Position numbers and translations under genes: made by a program
Notes under the pieces: model-generated
What the model was told of the DNA's origin: nothing
The model's database searches: none
The model's input: the letters and a program-made list of their open reading frames with translations, nothing else
Shown here: positions 62,301 to 64,000 of the stretch, piece by piece
How the letters are laid out: each line of letters starts with the position of its first letter
Numbering within the stretch: position 1 is the stretch's first letter
DNA from: Mayamaea pseudoterrestris
Lineage: Eukaryota
Assembly (NCBI GenBank): GCA_027923505.1
Contig: BROI01000027.1
Location: 62,001-126,000, forward strand
Direction: 5' to 3'
DNA length: 64,000 nt

Positions 62301-63689
62301 CGTACTGTTGCAGACCATGGTCACTTTCTGCCTGAATGGATTGAAATAGAACTGACCGAATCAGGCGCTGTCATTGTGCGCGAGCTGTTGAAGAATGAGC
62401 AAACTGGCGTTGAAACATGGAGTGAAACCAAGAGCAACGAAAACCTGCCTATTTCGATATCGGAAATACTTGTTAACTTTAAGAGGGAAGCAACAATTCG
62501 CAAACAGCGGTATAGACTAGACATTGTTTTGTCAGCGGTGAGAGATGATTTGGATAGCAGCAATGCCGAAATCATGGAGCTGATCGGTGATGGGCCCTTA
62601 GCGCATCATGTTGTGCACGCAAGGATTCCCAAGGGCCGCGAAATTCAAATATTTGAGAAGCAGTGTACCGCCTTGGAGGAGCTTCTTGATTTAAATCACC
62701 GAAGCAACCTCGCCATGTTATCCGCTCCCACATGTGAAGATCAGTTAAAACTCCGATTGAAAGCGGCTCAAGCCCGGCTTGCAGATCTTCAGGCGCAGGA
62801 ACCAAAGGACGACTGGGTCGCTATCAATGGTTTTATCGTTTCCAAAACAAATGTAGATGATGCTCGAGCTTTCCATATCAAGTTCAAAGAACCATCGCTA
62901 ATTATTTTCCGAGCCATGGACGAAACGGATTCACTACCCAGCTCTGAGCCCACTATGGATCATTCACTTGTTCCCATGGAAGTCATGCATACATTTTCAT
63001 TGTCGAATGGTTCTCCCTCCCTGTTGTTTACGAATCAATGGACATTGCCGCCTCCAGGAGATTTACTTGCGTTCGATGCCGAATTTGTTTCGGTTGGCGA
63101 TGAGGAATCAATCTTGACCGACAAGGGATCCAAGCTCGTGGTCCGCGAAATGCGGTACGCGGTCGCTCGCATTTCTGTCATCCACTGCCGGACCGGCGCC
63201 GTCGTCTTGGACGACTATGTGTTACCGCGCGAACCAATCGTTGACTATCTGACTCGCTTCAGCGGAATTGTAGCCAAGGATCTTGATCCAAAGTACAGTT
63301 CGCATCACTTGATCAGCACACGAGCTGCCTACTTGAAGTTGCGCTATCTCATGGAACGTGGATGCATATTCATTGGCCATGGACTGCAAATGGACTTTTG
63401 GACGCTCAACTTGACCATTCCCTCGCATCAAATTATTGATACAGTCGAAATATACCACAAGCCGGCGCAGCGCTACGTCTCACTGCGCTTTGCTACCAAC
63501 TTTGTGCTGAAGCGTGACATGCAAATGGACGTTCATGATTCCATTGAGGATGCGCTGGCGGCGTATCAACTGTACGAAACGGCGGTGGAGCTCAAGGCCA
63601 AGGGCGAGTTTGACAAGCTGCTTGACGATTTGTACGAGTTTGGATTCAAAAACGACTGGAAACTTGGTGTAGATGATACAGAGTTATAA
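59307..63689 (+). CDS. PAN2: PAN2 poly(A)-specific deadenylase catalytic subunit
   Basis: N-terminal WD40-like region (GCSDGQVRMFD, H.GGV, DPMVLVYDVRYL), central UCH-like region, and C-terminal DEDDh nuclease (AFDAEFV, DYLTRFSGI, IGHGLQMDF, IIDTV, HDSIEDA). First ATG is at 59307. Confidence 0.95.
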   Translation: MNPIASDYKFGYSNPPYYYAESQGGAAADDGYGYEPPSYYDSSLNYQQDLEWNEASDPAINIVAADPGYFTPVTSLQASFVGDPVTAVAYSETYSAIHLASAAKPMSTKRFNDHKASMLVTQSTDDGSVYSSVAGHPQASSSTLAAVYDALYGAAVSPSTTLAPASRASMTIPAHAYRPYYGAAAAASLTFDAASSSAKQYNIGIHTLLAHLPQAYVASVSPSGVRLHSHGGFQATDRHLEGMLCGATHPNSMATHLTVGGVAGCEQGQASGYNISKHNQNNLNNNHLLCMDIWQGFRTVASHDLNRNSKAGNNNDKIAVTALATSDTNNSLLAGCSDGQVRMFDASLRPLATIKSHVGGVTAVTVSDDGTLIATTGYGARARRTTNSPLYAFPDPMVLVYDVRYLGRGGISHAFAASRGGPRHVTFLPNVEGLSSNRLLVASGQGGGGMQIIDPFQEASDHSANFILPPLDRDAITSMCTADDGLALGTSSGMVLQYRLEGVHATSSLGKIQGGVFLPSNSMQASTSSGTKPAALSPGKTKTPLVAPSLVPPAPALSLGPELLQSHDSNMRVGADDRMRSIFSAYILSHDPSVSSMGNPSSKHLTSFGHLATNPLVAPCRLNVLPQFVAKGSHAVDFLHTIATTELGVDVLDDHRPDQVKERVDNHREPLPNANKLMHTSKLFPLAYEESLIRTKKMGKKGKKEGLLESNGEEIRIPDRYRLFLRQTHKTPASFNHSAYNETGFVPGWDYAATMPNAFVPPVIMLLYFIPEVRQIVSSSLMITQDRLQDEHSLLPELGFVMARIDNIARLAMLFPPSAGSSPSTTRVGAWAPTNFISCLSDLKEAEQLQILDGSPAAVDLPRRPEAFYRFLLHHVNKETSTGMPRDRLEDSVGATFLSVNQYINGSDPPTQTSSRLMTIDLCYDNFLNANRKNDSLPTFADVLQKTLFRETRLRAWSSGSKAYETITQRKVMTTLPKILSLSCACAGRDSEQGLSLWRTVADHGHFLPEWIEIELTESGAVIVRELLKNEQTGVETWSETKSNENLPISISEILVNFKREATIRKQRYRLDIVLSAVRDDLDSSNAEIMELIGDGPLAHHVVHARIPKGREIQIFEKQCTALEELLDLNHRSNLAMLSAPTCEDQLKLRLKAAQARLADLQAQEPKDDWVAINGFIVSKTNVDDARAFHIKFKEPSLIIFRAMDETDSLPSSEPTMDHSLVPMEVMHTFSLSNGSPSLLFTNQWTLPPPGDLLAFDAEFVSVGDEESILTDKGSKLVVREMRYAVARISVIHCRTGAVVLDDYVLPREPIVDYLTRFSGIVAKDLDPKYSSHHLISTRAAYLKLRYLMERGCIFIGHGLQMDFWTLNLTIPSHQIIDTVEIYHKPAQRYVSLRFATNFVLKRDMQMDVHDSIEDALAAYQLYETAVELKAKGEFDKLLDDLYEFGFKNDWKLGVDDTEL

Positions 63690-64000
63690 CAAAAGTGTAA
63701 GATGTGAACCTTTTCTTTGAATCCTGTTCAGCGCTTTTGCATTGCAAATGGAAACGGACATCGTTTTAGTATACTTAGTACCGGTACGATAGTTTGTGAC
63801 AAGGTCATCATCTTGCACGAGATTTTAAATCGACAGATCATGCTGCGGCTGTACAACTAGTGTTTGCATCATCGCACGTCCAAGCATTGCCTGGTGAACG
63901 CAAAACAATGAGACTCTTCACTCGTAGACGGAGATGGTCATTTACAATTTTGCTATTTGCAACATGCTTGGCACTTCACACTACACGGGCCGACGAGGCC

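Overview
Eukaryotic genomic DNA, most likely from a diatom or related stramenopile. This is inferred from compact genes, short 74-98 nt GT-AG introns and a bipartite signal/ASA-L plastid-targeting peptide. Two gene-dense flanks (1-4.2 kb and 41.8-64 kb) enclose a gene-free, CpG-eroded satellite island of about 37 kb (~4.7-41.8 kb). The island is built from several tandem-repeat families whose basic unit is mostly ~170-185 bp: 169, ~179 and ~180 bp monomers, 346 and 369 bp dimers, and a 506 bp trimer. The families are layered and nested: one family sits at both outer edges and the long homogeneous arrays lie inside. Most families carry a strong dyad. The two long arrays share an ACAA-N-TTGT dyad core, and diverged copies show compensatory double substitutions that keep the palindrome intact. 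The island is a candidate satellite-type centromere or heterochromatin domain. Genes on the left flank encode a Cys-rich surface protein and a Q-rich protein. Genes on the right flank encode an aldo-keto reductase, an unusual glutaredoxin + DUF4395-like + SLAC1/TDT + hemerythrin-like fusion, a Tat-type thylakoid-lumen protein, an ABCG half-transporter, two head-to-head M43 metalloproteases, an F-box/JmjC protein, a SnoaL-like protein and PAN2. All domain calls come from motif recognition by eye. Repeat boundaries are approximate (+/- tens of bp) and array lengths may be affected by assembly.
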